IMG/VR virus record: IMGVR_UViG_2061766007_004032
Strand: one strand, 5' to 3'
Source of the DNA: a virus
Lineage: Duplodnaviria > Caudoviricetes
DNA: 64,000 nt
Shown: positions 11,194 through 23,144 of the stretch, piece by piece
How positions within the stretch are numbered: position 1 is the stretch's first letter
Layout of the letters: every line of letters starts with the position of its first letter
Position numbers and translations under genes: made by a program
The notes under the pieces: model-generated
What the model was told of the DNA's origin: nothing
The model's database searches: none
Seen by the model: only the letters and a program-made list of their open reading frames with translations

Positions 11194-11972
11194 AGTCCCT
11201 CACTTAGGAGCCGCTTCATGGCTCTGACCTCGTCCGGGTAGTTCGACCTTATGTCCTGATTCTTGACGCACCAGGAAAGGTACTGCGGGTCGTCCGCGGC
11301 TTCCGAGATTTTCCTGCCCTTGTATTTTCCGAAGGAGAAAAATTCGGCATCACGCTCCTTTTTCATAAAATCGAAAGCCTCTCCCACCGAACGAATCCCC
11401 TCCCTCTCCATAACCTTTCTGAGAATCGTCCTGGTCGCGAAAATGTTGTTGCCCATACTTCTGTCTATGTCCATGTTCCCGATTCCGAAATATTCCATAA
11501 CCGACTTGGTGCTGTGGTTGCCTATCTCGGTTATCGGGACGGATATTATACAGAGTTTCATGACGTCGAGAAGCGTCCCCGGATGAAAATCGACCCTTTT
11601 TTTAAAAAGCCTCTCGAAGGTGGAGTTAAGTACCCTGAGGTCGTAGTTTACGTGGTTATATCCTATAATAGGGACGTTTTTCTCGGAAAACGCCCTCAGA
11701 ATGCCGAATATGCGGACCATCGATTCCGCGAGGCTTTTGTATTCCGTGTCTTTTTCCCATTCACCCTAGGAAAAACCGTGGAGCGCGGTCCCATTCGGGA
11801 GGATTTTTTCGTCGGGGATTATCTTCATCTCGAGGTACTTTTTGTCGGGGTCGGAGTCCGAAAGAAAATCCCTCTCGCCGATTATTTCGCACCCGAAGCG
11901 GACCGGGCAGTTGTTCGAACCGTACAAATCGTTCTCGGTCGTAAAAACGTCTATAAATGCAATTTTGTCCAC
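11190..11972 (-). CDS. DnaQ/DEDD-fold exonuclease-like protein, catalytic motifs degenerate (1 TAG read through)
   Basis: IAFIDVFTT, ALHGFS, IIGYNHVNYDLRVL, LLDVMKL and C-terminal FSFGKYKG..DPQYLSW; TAG at 11766. Confidence 0.75.
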
Positions 11973-11979
11973 GGATATA

Positions 11980-12891
11980 TTATACGCGGGGAGCATCCGA
12001 GATAATATTCTTAAACATCGGAGTCAAAATCTTTTCGTAGAACTCGTCGACGCCGACTCTGAAAACCCCCCTGAGCATGTGCCTTTCACCGTTCAAAACG
12101 TACTGTCCGGACCGTTTAACCCGGTCGAAGAAACCGGACTTAACGCAAACGGAATATTTTTTCAACGCGCCGAGCCTTTCCGCAAATTTTGAATAGAGAA
12201 TCGTCCCGGAATTCGGAAAATAATTCTGGATTATCTCCATCTCTTTTCGTCCGTCTTCAATGTGGTCGAAAATCCTGCTTCTGTCATGGACGACGACGCA
12301 TATCGGTTTCTGTTTGAAACGGGTCTTGAACAATTCGGAAACGAAATTTTCGTCGATTCCGTATGGGACGCTGACACAGTGTTCCATAAGGGAAATGATA
12401 TTCTTAATCTTTTCCTGGGTTTCGGTTTCAATTGTTTTCGGGCGGACAATCATCGTTCCGGCGGCGAAACAGTGTTTGTTTTTCAAAAACTGTCTCGTTT
12501 CGAAAACCAAAAGGCAGAACTGCGGCCTGTCCTGGAGATATTCGATTTCTGAGAAATATTTTTCGATTGGGTAGTCTCCCTCAGCGGAAACCGCGATGTC
12601 GGATTCGTTGTCGAAAAAAGCCTCGAACCGCCAGAACATGCCGTTCAACCCGCTGTTTCTCCGGTGGATTCCGTAGATTATCCCGGAATCGTCTATCCGC
12701 TCCTGTCTTAGAATGTCCTTGATGACCTTCAGCGTGAAGTCATCCGTGTGGATTTTTATGAAAACGTTTTTGCCTTTCAGACCGCTTTTGTTGTAGGTGT
12801 CGATATTGTCGCACATTCTGAGAATGTACGACAACGAATTGTCGACGTTGTCCGAGGAGAAAATCGAATAGTGGAAACAGATTCTTTCCAT
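11980..12891 (-). CDS. putative glycosyltransferase-like protein
   Basis: GMFWRF...EGD...YGIDENF pattern; likely start MERICF at 12891. Confidence 0.45.
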   Translation of the reverse strand: MERICFHYSIFSSDNVDNSLSYILRMCDNIDTYNKSGLKGKNVFIKIHTDDFTLKVIKDILRQERIDDSGIIYGIHRRNSGLNGMFWRFEAFFDNESDIAVSAEGDYPIEKYFSEIEYLQDRPQFCLLVFETRQFLKNKHCFAAGTMIVRPKTIETETQEKIKNIISLMEHCVSVPYGIDENFVSELFKTRFKQKPICVVVHDRSRIFDHIEDGRKEMEIIQNYFPNSGTILYSKFAERLGALKKYSVCVKSGFFDRVKRSGQYVLNGERHMLRGVFRVGVDEFYEKILTPMFKNIISDAPRV

Positions 12892-12893
12892 AA

Positions 12894-15800
12894 TCAGTCC
12901 GTGTAGATGAACGTGTCGGCCCGTTTCTCGCGAATCGCCTTCATCGTGTTCCGGATTACCTTCTTGGTCTTCTTTATGTCCTCGACCGTGCATTTGTCCG
13001 GTTTGCCAACCTTTCTGAAAATTTCATCGCTCGGCATTTCCAGGTACTTGTTCAGAATCTGGAGGCATTTTCTCAGGAAACGCTGTACGATTGACAAATT
13101 GTTCAGCATCTCGTTGGTCTCGATTGGGGTGCAGTACTGGAGCTTCGGGTTGAGGTCGAGGTTGTACGAGCGGAATCCGCGGTTGTCGTCGTCTTCCTCA
13201 AACATCGTCAGCGAGAGACCGTAGGTGTAGTCGTTGTGTGTGAAGCGGCATCTCGCGCATAGTGAGTTTCTCTTCCAGTCGGCCCACTGGGACCACTTGA
13301 ATTCCTTGCCGATTTCTGGGAAGCAGTAGAACCCCTCGTCCTCGGTGTGCTTGATTCCGAAGTCGGAGAAGGAGACAATTTTTCTCCCGGAGTTCGTGTA
13401 AATCTGCTCGCCAGCGGCGTTCTTCCCGCGGGAACGGGACTTGTCAATGTTTCCCTTTCGAAACTCGCCGCCCTCGGCGACCGGCTTAACCGGGAGATAG
13501 TTTACCCTCTTCTCTCTCACCCCGGAGAGGAGTTTCGAGAAGAACGGGTCGCTTTCGGGCCAGAGTTCGAAAAGCCTGGAGCACATCTTCTTGCAGAAAA
13601 CGGTCCTGAAGAACTCCTGCATCTGGAGGGGGGTCAGCTTCTCGGTACCGTTCACCCTTGAGTCCCACTCCACGCCGTTGGTGTCCAGGAATATCTCCAC
13701 CGTGTCGCCGTTCTTGAGTCCGAACACGACATCGACCGCCTTATCCGGGTAATTTTTTGGGGTGTACGGCTTTTCGTCGGTCCCGTCTTCCTCGGAAACC
13801 TGCATGTTGTAGGCGACTATTCCAATCTCGGAATCGGATATGGTCCGGTCGTCCAGATGGATGTCCGGGCGGTCCCCGTCCTCCTCGTCGATTCGTTTCG
13901 GCTCAATGTCGATATTCTTTTCCATAGATTCACCCGCGTCGGTCGTTGCTTCTGATGGCCTGTTTCTCTCAATCATTCTCATTGTTTCCTGGGGGATTTT
14001 TTTCGAGTCAAAAACATCTTTGAAAAACTCAACGTTGTTTCCAAATGTCACTTCTTCGATGTTTGGACATTCATAAAAAGTTTCGTTCATAACCAAACAT
14101 TTATCTTTTTCCGACTGAATGTCTACTGTAGTCAATTGACTGCAAGAACGAAAAGCCCCCACATCAACAATGTACACATTTTTTGGAATTACAACACTCG
14201 TTAATCCGCAATACGCGAACGCCTCTATACCTATCACTCCTACGGATTCCGGAATCGATATATCTTTTAAATTATCACATCTAAAAAACATGTAAATTGG
14301 AATTTCCTTTATCCCGTCGGGAATTCTGATACTCGATAATTTCTCACAGCCCTCAAACGCATACGCATCAATAGATACAACGCTATTTGGAATAAATACG
14401 CTCGTTAAATTTTCACAATATCCAAAGGCATTGTTTCCTATTTTGGTCAGTCCGTCGGGAAGAATAATATTTTTCACTTTGGACGAGTAAAACGCATATT
14501 TCCCGATACTCTTCACATTTTTGGGGATGATTATCTCGTCTACGCGAGAAAACGCAAACGCCTACGGTTCGATTTCTGTAAAATCGTCCGTTTCAACGAG
14601 TTTCCCGTTTTCGGATTTAAAGAATTTTCCGTTTATAAACGCGACATTGTATTTTATTTTTATAACACTGGCGATTTTTCCATCGATTAATTTCTTATAC
14701 ATCGGAAAAATATTAACGTCAGATGGGGAGTAGTTGTATTTTCGCTTAACGATTTGTTCACTATTCTCGTCGAACAAAACCCGGATACAACCAAATTGCT
14801 GAGCAAACCCGTCTTCCGGTTGCTGGTATTCTTCGACATATTTATTCCAAATCTCTTCCTGAGAGTACGGCTTAAACGTCTCGTAGAAATTCACACCGAA
14901 AAACTCGGAAATCTGTTTCGTGTCCATCATGTTGTCGTTGGCACCCTGTTCATGATTCCACCGGCACGTACAGGTGTTCAGCGAACCGTCGTCGTTAACC
15001 CCAACAGCAATCATCGATTTGCCGTATGTGTCCATCGGGCACCCGTCGCCCTCTTTTTTCGGGACTTTCTCAAACCCGTCCGCCAGACAGAAATAAAATC
15101 TCCCCAGTCCGCCGCCGGTGTAGTTGTTGTACATGTTTTCGTCATGCGCCACACACCACGAGACGTATTTCCCGTATTTCTCGGCTTCTTCAAAACTGTC
15201 TATCGGGACAATCCTATAGTCCGCGTTTTTTATGAGCTTGAGTTTTCTCAACTCATCTTTGTCGGAATCGAGCTCTTTTGAAACGGAAGTTTTGAACTTG
15301 TCGTTGATTTCTTCCGCCGTCAAACCGTTAAAGTTGTTGTCGTATTCGTCGGCGTGGGACGTTGCCAGAATCTTGAGGGTTTTGTTAAGCTGGGACATGG
15401 TCCGCTGGAGATTTCGCGGGTCGGACTGAAAATCGAAATAGATTCTGGTTACCCCGAGAAGGAATTTGCAGTCCGCCAGTCTCGAACTCGGAACCATGTT
15501 CCTGATTTCCTGTGTCAGAACCCTCGGGGTTATTACCGTGCCGTCTTCGAGTTTCTGACCTATGACCTCCGGGTGATTGTCCTTAATCCACTTTTCGCAT
15601 TTGTTTATGTTTTTCCCCTCTTTGTCCTCGACCAAAAGCGACTCGAACACCGTCGAGTCGCGGCGGATTTCCTCGCCGGTTTGAGCGGGACCGCCGTTTT
15701 TCCCGCAAAGAATCCCGCAGATTTTCGCAAACGTGGCGTCGGTGACGAAAGACGGGAAATAGTCCCTCAGGAACTTTTTCTCGTCTATTTTCCCTCTGGC

Positions 15801-18800
15801 GTCGGAAGCCGAATACCCGGGGATTTCGACGTGGAAACTGGTTTCCGCCGGGGGGAGGATTCTCACGCCGTTGCTTTTGAAGAAACCCGTGTCGATTTGG
15901 TCAAACCTTCTGTCGTCCCCGCCCTTGTCGGACACGCCAAGGATTACGTCGCAGTCTTTCAGCAGTGATATCTTTCTCAACGCGCTCTTAATCGGGTTCG
16001 CGTCGCTCCCGAGTTCGGCGCGGACGTTTTTCAGCCCCGAATCCCCCAGGCAGAGGTTTATGATTTTTGCCGCGTCCGCCGGGGAAATCGTTCCGCCGAG
16101 ACGGGTTTTCCTTTCGGATTCTTCCCCGGGTTTGGAAACCACGACGACCACGTCGTCGCAAATGTCCGCGTAATGCTCGACCATTTCCATGTGGTGCTTC
16201 CCGAACGGTCTGAAAGAGCCCGGAATGAACGCCACGGTTTTTCTTTTCCCACCCGACTCGCCAAATACGGCTTCTTCCTTACCCATGATATCCTAAATCC
16301 TCTTTTTTGTCTCTTCGGACAGCTTCGGACATTTCTTAAACGCGAATTGTTCGATTTTTTTCACGCTGTCCGGTATTATAACGTCGCGAAGGTTGTCGCA
16401 ATGATAGAACGCTGTTTTTTCTATTTCTTCCACCCCATCCTTTATTTCTACGGTTTCAATCCCATCACACCAGAAGAAAGATGACTGCGGTATCTTTTTC
16501 AGGCTTCCCGGAATGGTTATGTCCGTTAACTTGTAGCAGTGGTTGAAAACCGCGTTCCCCATAACTTCCAGTGATTCCGGAAGGGTCACCCTTTCCAGTT
16601 CCTGACAGTCGGCGAACGCCGAGTCCCCTATATACCGAACACCGTTCGGTATGTCCAGCTCCCTAAGGGCACACCTTTCGAAAGCGCAGTCACCGATATT
16701 ATTCACCGTGTCGGGAATTTCTATTTCCCTGAGATATTCGCACCCGCTAAACGTATATTCATCTATGTTTTTGACTCCGCGACCGATTTTGACAGACTTG
16801 AGCCTGGTTGCGAGCTGGAAAGCCGAGTGTCCGAGCCACGCTACGGAATCCGGGATGACAACGCTATTTAAAAATTCGCACCGCATGAAAGCCATCGGAC
16901 CGATGATGGTTACGCCGTCCGGAATCACCAATTCCCTGATTTTGCACCCATAAAACGCCCCATCCCAAATTGTTTTCAGGTCTTTCGGGAAAATGACGCG
17001 TTCCAAATTCTTGCATTTGGCGAACATTTCCTTGGGTATTTTGGTAAAGTAATCCGGGATGTTTATCTGTGTGATAGACTCCGCGTATTTCCGGACAAGT
17101 TTGTAAAACTGGTCCGGGTCCTTGGCCTCGGAAATCTTTTTGTTTACGGAATCGCTGACATCTGTTCGAATCTGCTATTTGAAAATCTTCTCACACTCGT
17201 TGCCGTATTTCAAATTGTAAAGTTCGGTGTTTTCGTCGTTTCTGTCGAGAATCGGGTTTCTGAAATCGGAATCCGCCTGCCCGATGAGGAGCTCATTTCC
17301 CCTTCCAACCATTTTATTGTAGATTTTTATAACGGTCGGGTCAGACAGGTCCCCGACGGAAAACTCGACATCCTTCGGAAATCTCTCGAGGAACCAGTAT
17401 TGTGTGTAGTCTTCCCCAAAACCCTCAGAATAGTCGTCCCAGTGGTTCTTGGAATGCGTGCAGTAGGGGGTTTGGTCGGTCGGGTCTCCCCACACGTCGC
17501 CGCGCCCCAGAGTCTTCGCGTTCTACCAGAGGTGATACACGAATTTGTTGGTGGTTTCGTATCCACGGGTCGCCCAACACATAACGTTGGTCGTAAACGC
17601 GAGAAGCCTGATGTCCTTTCTGTCGTTTTCGTCGAGTTTGTATTTCTCGTTTCCTGTCGGAATTTCCGACTTGGAATACAGCTCGTCGCCCATAGCGGAA
17701 ATGACCCGTCTCGCGCCGTCAAAACGCCTGATTCTGTCAAAATCCTTGAGCGGGTCGACCCGGACTTTCTTCCCGTCCTCGGTTCCCACCTCTACCCTTT
17801 TTCCGACCATGTCGGACTGCCTGAAAATCTCCGCGTACTTTTCGTAGGTCTTCAGGTCGTCGAGGATGTTGTCAAGGTTGTCAACGAAAGTAGTTTTAAG
17901 CGTTTTCTCGTCGGTTCCTAATTTCCTCTCGTTCCGGTACCAGCGGATTATCCTGTCCGCGTGGCGGCGTTTCTTGTCCAGTTTTTCCCTGATGGCTCTC
18001 TCGATGCCGTCATCCGGGTTTTCCGGGATAGTCATTCCCTCGTCGACCACAGACTCCGAAACAACGTCGGAACCCGACATAACCGGGAACCTTTTCTCGC
18101 TGTCGAACGAGCACTCGTACTTCTCTTCCCCGCTTTTTTCCTAATCGGCGAGAATCTTAACGTCGCAGACTATGTTGTAATAATAGCGGTCGTTTTTCTT
18201 CAGTTTCTTCTCAATGCCTTTTGCGCGGAACTGGATTCTCCCGACGCGGTAAGCCTCCTCGAGAGTTTTCAGCTCCTTCCCGTCCTTTGTCTTCAGACCG
18301 AGCGGGTTGTATTCCCGGTCGACGATATAAAGCTCGTCGCCGACCTGGATGTAGTACACCGGCTCTTTCTTGGCGGAGGCGTAATAGTCGGAAATCGTTT
18401 TCCCGAAACCGTCCAGCGGGATTTTGTCGGTGATGAACTGGACGTCGTTGTCGGTGTCGTCGACGCTTCCGCTGGCTTTCCACGCCTTTATCAGTTTCGG
18501 GGTTATGTCCTTCGGAAGAACGACGTCGTCCTTCTTCAGATACTCTTTACAAAAGGAGACGAACTTTTTGGAGCCGCTTTCCAGCTTTTCGAGATAAAAC
18601 TCGGTCAGTGGATTTTCCTCCCTTGTTGTGGTGCAGGACCATTTCCCGTCGCGATACTTGAAGCTGGGGCCGCCCAGGTTGGCGTATTTGTTCTTTTTCA
18701 CCTCTATCCAGACGCGGTTCCCGCTCTTCTCGTTCTCGACGTAAACGTCGGAGTAGAATTTCGTGTCCGTCCCGGAATAGCGGGAAACTTTCATACCGCC

Positions 18801-18899
18801 CTTTCCGCCGATTTTCAGGAATTTCTCTATGTTGTCCCTTATTTCGGTCTCGAACTTGTCGGACTCGGTCTCGGAAGTCTTCAGTCCCTCGCAAATCAT
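12894..18899 (-). CDS. 2001-aa multidomain protein: PD-(D/E)XK nuclease, two BspA/LRR_5 arrays, HIGH-type nucleotidyltransferase-like domain and unknown domains (5 TAG read through)
   Basis: Six track ORFs in one frame joined by TAGs at 18141, 17523, 17175, 16293 and 14562; ends TGA. Confidence 0.85.
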
Positions 18900-21046
18900 T
18901 TATCGGTGTCCTTCGGTTGGGTTTTCGTCTCTTTGAAAAGGTTTTGGGCTATTACGGAGGGCTCGCTTATCAGGCTGAATCCGTAATCTGTCAGCGACAA
19001 CTCGCTGTACTCCGCCATCTCGGTCCAGCTGTGGTATCTGGCGTCGGCGGCTCTCTTCGGGTAGAACCTTATGTCGAGGTTCAATGCCGTGGCGTCTTCA
19101 ACGCACACCTGGACTACGATGTCGGTAGTGTTGTTGATTTCCTCTATCTGGGGGACGCCTTTAAATCCGAGCGGGTTTTTGCCCTTGTTCAGCTGGTAAA
19201 GGTCGGCGGCGACCTGGACGTACCGCGTGTGCTTCAGCTCGTCGTAATACCTGACTATATCCCCGAGCACCGCTTCTTTTACCGCCGCGTCCAACAGTGA
19301 CAGCTGGTTTTTGTTGTCCGACGTGATGCGGAAGCTGAAAATCGTGTAGTTGTTCTCGGAGGTGGGGTATTCCGCGCCGTCGGTTCCTGTCCGTTTGTGT
19401 CTGTCGGTCGAGATGAAAATCTTGTACAGCGAGCTGAACTTGTCAAAGGCGTCCATCATCTTGACCGAGTTCACCTTTTCCCTGAGGACACCCTTCTCGC
19501 CGCAGAGCCGCGTAATCTTTTTCTCGATTTTCCTCGCGGTCTGCTCGTATTTCCCGGAATCCTCCCCGCTGAGCGATGCGCGGATATATTCGGACAGAAG
19601 GTACTTGTATCTTCTCGTCCACTCGAGGATGTAGAAGTTAAAAACCTTGGACATTTCCACAAAACCGCCCGGAAGCGAGTTCAGCTTGGAGAGGTCGATT
19701 TCGAGACCGTTTTCGCCGCCGCTTTTTTTCCTTTTTTCGACAAGCTCCCTTATGTCGTCGGCGCACTGCGAGATGTTCAGCGCGAGCTGTTTCAGCCCGT
19801 CCCCAACCTTCTTCATAACCAGGTTGGTCAGATGCTTGTTGAAATCTTCGGTAAACCCGCTCTCGGACGGGTCCCCCTACTGGCGCACGATTTTGACGTT
19901 CTCCACCTTCCCGTTTTCAACGGTGAACGTTGAGACCGTGTTGAATTTCAGATACTTGGACTTGTAGTAGTTCAGTTTTACCTCGACGAAAAAACACCTG
20001 TCGGGCCTTTCACTGACCATTTTCCCGATTTCTTTTTTATCCTGGGTGGCATCCCCGTCAAGCGAGACAAAAACGTCGGAGTGCTTATCCCCGCCGACAT
20101 TTACCGCGTAGGTTTTTTCCGGACCGCCGCCGAGTTTCTCCCTCAGCGCGTCGTTCAGTTTCTGGGCAACCTCCTTCTCCCGCTTCTGCCACCGCGCTTC
20201 CTCTTTGCTTTTGGACTCCTTCAAGGTTTTTCTGGACTTTTCCTTGGTCGAGGGAAGCGACGTTTTCTGTGAAAACTCTTTTCTAAGGGCTCTGACCCTT
20301 TCTTCGGTCTCGGCGACCGTTGAACCGGGAAGCGTGATACTGCCGTCTAGAATCGGGAACGACACCTTAACCGAGGCTCCATCCTGCTCCAGCGTGCAGA
20401 CCTCCATAGCCAGAATGTTGTCCAGTTTGTCGACAAATTCCTGGTCGGTCTTGGTGAACAGCTTTTTCCTCGACCTGTTGCTCGCCAAGTGGTTCCCGAG
20501 CGTGTTGAGAATCCTTTCGAACGTATTATGCGGGTTCAGAAGGTCTTTGAGAAGCTCCCTGAAACCCTTTTTGGACAAATATTCCCTTTTTTCCGCCCAT
20601 CCCCAGTTCTCGGAAGGATGGATTAGTGTGTTTTTATAAAGCTGGTTCGACCGCGATATGAGGGTGTTAAGGTCGGTCGGGCTTTTCTTGTCATAACCGC
20701 CGCCGGACTTGCTCTTTACAGAAAAGTCGGTGAACCTCAGGCACTCCTTGCCTTTTCTGTCGGTGGTGGCGACGAAATTCACGGTGATGACGTAATTCCG
20801 CTTGTAAACTTTGTCCACGTACACCTTCTGTCCTCTCGGGAACTTTTTCTAAACGGGTCCGGAATACAGTTTCGCCATCAGCTCGGCGACGCTGAGCGGC
20901 GGCGCAGAACTGGCTTCCTCATCCTCGTCCCCCTCTTCCTTGCCGTTTTCGGAATCGGGGGAATCCGGTTCCTGTCGCTCCTATTCGGATTCGAGAAGTG
21001 ACGACCCATTTTCAAAGAAAAACTCTTTGAAAGAAATAATGTCCAT
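18896..21046 (-). CDS. 716-aa putative internal head protein with PD-(D/E)XK nuclease domain (3 TAG read through)
   Basis: Starts MDIISFKEFFFE...LLESE; HSDVFV...FFVEVKLN motif; TGA overlaps next ATG. Confidence 0.75.
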
Positions 21047-21054
21047 TGTCCGAC

Positions 21055-22359
21055 TCATTTCTTAAGAAGGTGCATAATCTGGTTTATCTGTCCGAACTGC
21101 CCGACGATTTTGTAGCATTTGCCGGTTTTACCGATTTTAATCACGACGCCCTCACTGGGGAAGTAATTGTCCTTCCAGTCGTTCAGCTTCTTCATGTTGC
21201 GGTTGAAGAGGCGGAGCTTGTCGCTGGTCAGCTTCCCGTTGTCCCTCTCAATCTCGCTAATCACGCTCTCGAGCTCGAGAACCAGCTTTTGCGAGGTTTT
21301 TGCCGGGTCGGCGGAAAGAAAGCCCATAAGATTCCTCATAAGGAGCGTCCCCGCCTTAGAGACGAGTTGTTCGACCGGGCGCATGATTTCCTCATTCATC
21401 TGGTCCCTCCCCCCGTCCAGTGTCTCTATGACCTTCTTGTACTCCTTCGAGTGGACGTTGACCCCGGCTCGCTTCGCGAACGTACAGATGTCGGCTTTGG
21501 TCGGGCGTTTGTGGGACATGTGGTTTAGGCGGTCTGCCAGCTCGCGGACGAACGGGCAGTCCGTGTCGACGCAGATATTGTTGTGGTTGCAGACGTTGAT
21601 GATGTAGCGTTTCAGACGCTGGTTCGCATAGTCCTGAATCGTTGTGTTTAGCGAAAACCCGTCCAGAATCTTGTCAAAATCCTCAAGAAGTGTATCCAGA
21701 GCCTTTTTCGCGTTGACCGAGTCTTTGATTCTGAGAAGGTTCTGTTCGGTTATCTCGAACATTTCCTGGACAAGCGCGTTGTTCCTCTTTAACGTTTCGT
21801 AAAGCCACTTCGCGGAATCGCGGTCCTCGGAAATCTTATTGAACTTCGGGTCGAATACGTCAATTCCGTTAATCTGGAGGAAACACTTGTTGCCATAGTC
21901 GAGGATGTTCTTACACGGTGGATAGACAATCTCGATATTGGCGAAGTTCTGCCCGTTGTTGAAAACCTTGTTGAGGTCCGTTGGGTCAATGGTCTTGAGC
22001 GCGGAGCAAAAATCCCTAGCGGAGCGGGTGAAGGCGTCCCTCAGTTTGGGGTTCCCGTCGAAATGGCACCCGAGGTGCTCGAGGTTCATCGGGTTTCGGA
22101 GGCTTTCCTTGTTTCTCGCGTACCCGAACTTCCCGTCCTTGTACGTCACCATCAGGTTCATCCCGTCGATTTTCTCTCGGAGAACAGTTTTTCCTTGGAA
22201 CACGTCCTGGAAAATCTGGCGCATCTCGTTGAAGGTCATCTTCCCATCTTGATATAGGTGTTGGATGCTTCCGCCCGCGCCGCCTTCCAAAAGAAGGTCC
22301 GCATCGTTGAAAGATTCGTTAACAATCCGGAGCAAGTCAAGTCTGTTGTCGCTGTTCAT
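21055..22359 (-). CDS. ligase-like nucleotidyltransferase (KxDG family), putative head-packaged protein
   Basis: EKIDGMN (motif I-like), NIEIV, EGVVIK and YKIVG; N-terminal VNES...LLEGG. Confidence 0.6.
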   Translation of the reverse strand: MNSDNRLDLLRIVNESFNDADLLLEGGAGGSIQHLYQDGKMTFNEMRQIFQDVFQGKTVLREKIDGMNLMVTYKDGKFGYARNKESLRNPMNLEHLGCHFDGNPKLRDAFTRSARDFCSALKTIDPTDLNKVFNNGQNFANIEIVYPPCKNILDYGNKCFLQINGIDVFDPKFNKISEDRDSAKWLYETLKRNNALVQEMFEITEQNLLRIKDSVNAKKALDTLLEDFDKILDGFSLNTTIQDYANQRLKRYIINVCNHNNICVDTDCPFVRELADRLNHMSHKRPTKADICTFAKRAGVNVHSKEYKKVIETLDGGRDQMNEEIMRPVEQLVSKAGTLLMRNLMGFLSADPAKTSQKLVLELESVISEIERDNGKLTSDKLRLFNRNMKKLNDWKDNYFPSEGVVIKIGKTGKCYKIVGQFGQINQIMHLLKK

Positions 22360-22389
22360 AGTAAATTTTCCCAAAGTCCCCGTTCTTCT

Positions 22390-22476
22390 TATTTACGCCC
22401 CCAAAACGGCAAAAAAACCCGATGGAGTAAATAACACCACGTCTAAATTGTCTGTATAATATTTAACATATTATAC
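22390..22476. promoter_or_regulatory. divergent control region with two GTAAATA and two GTATAATAT motifs
   Basis: GTAAATA 22390-22396(-) and 22427-22433(+); GTATAATAT-TTAAC-ATATTATAC palindrome 22454-22476. Confidence 0.65.
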
Positions 22477-22492
22477 GGATTTCATTCGGAAA

Positions 22493-23128
22493 ATGAACAG
22501 CAAAAAGAAACAGCCCGAGAGAAAAGGCAAGTGCGCCCAGCAATAGCACAAAAGGACGAACAACCCGTTCCTCCACAAAAACAAAAAACCGGCGAAATCG
22601 ATTCTCGAAATGACGGATGAAGAGCTGGAAAAAAGAATATAGGAGAAAAAGAGGAGGGACGAGCTGAACAAGGAGCGGTACTACGTCAACAACGCCGACC
22701 TCATTCGCGAGCTGGAGAGATGGCGCGACAGCGGACCGACTTACGAAACGCGGGTAAAACCCTCCGACGATTTGGGGAGAATGTTCCTGGAGTTGGCGAG
22801 AAAGATATCCAACCATTCGAATTTCCGAAACTACACCCTCGAGATGAAACAGGACATGATTGGGCACGCCTGCGAGAAGATGGTCCAGAGCGGGCTGAAA
22901 AACTACAACTTCAAATACACTAACGCGTTCGCCTACTTCTCCCAGACTTGCTTCAACGCCTTCAAAACCTACCTTTCCCAACACTACAAGCAGATTAACC
23001 TGAAAAGAAAATACACCAAGGACGCCATTTTGGAACTGGACGTCCACATGCCGAACTCCGGGATGTCGAAATGCCTCGAAAACCAGTTCACCGGGAACGA
23101 TTTCGACGATTTTTCGGATTTCGACTGA
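22493..23128 (+). CDS. gp55: T4 gp55-like late-transcription sigma factor (2 TAG read through)
   Basis: YYVNNADL, LGRMFLELARKISNHSNFRNYT, DMIG and NAFAYFSQTCFNAF motifs; TAGs at 22544 and 22640. Confidence 0.88.
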
Positions 23129-23144
23129 TTCCGCGGGGGGAAAA

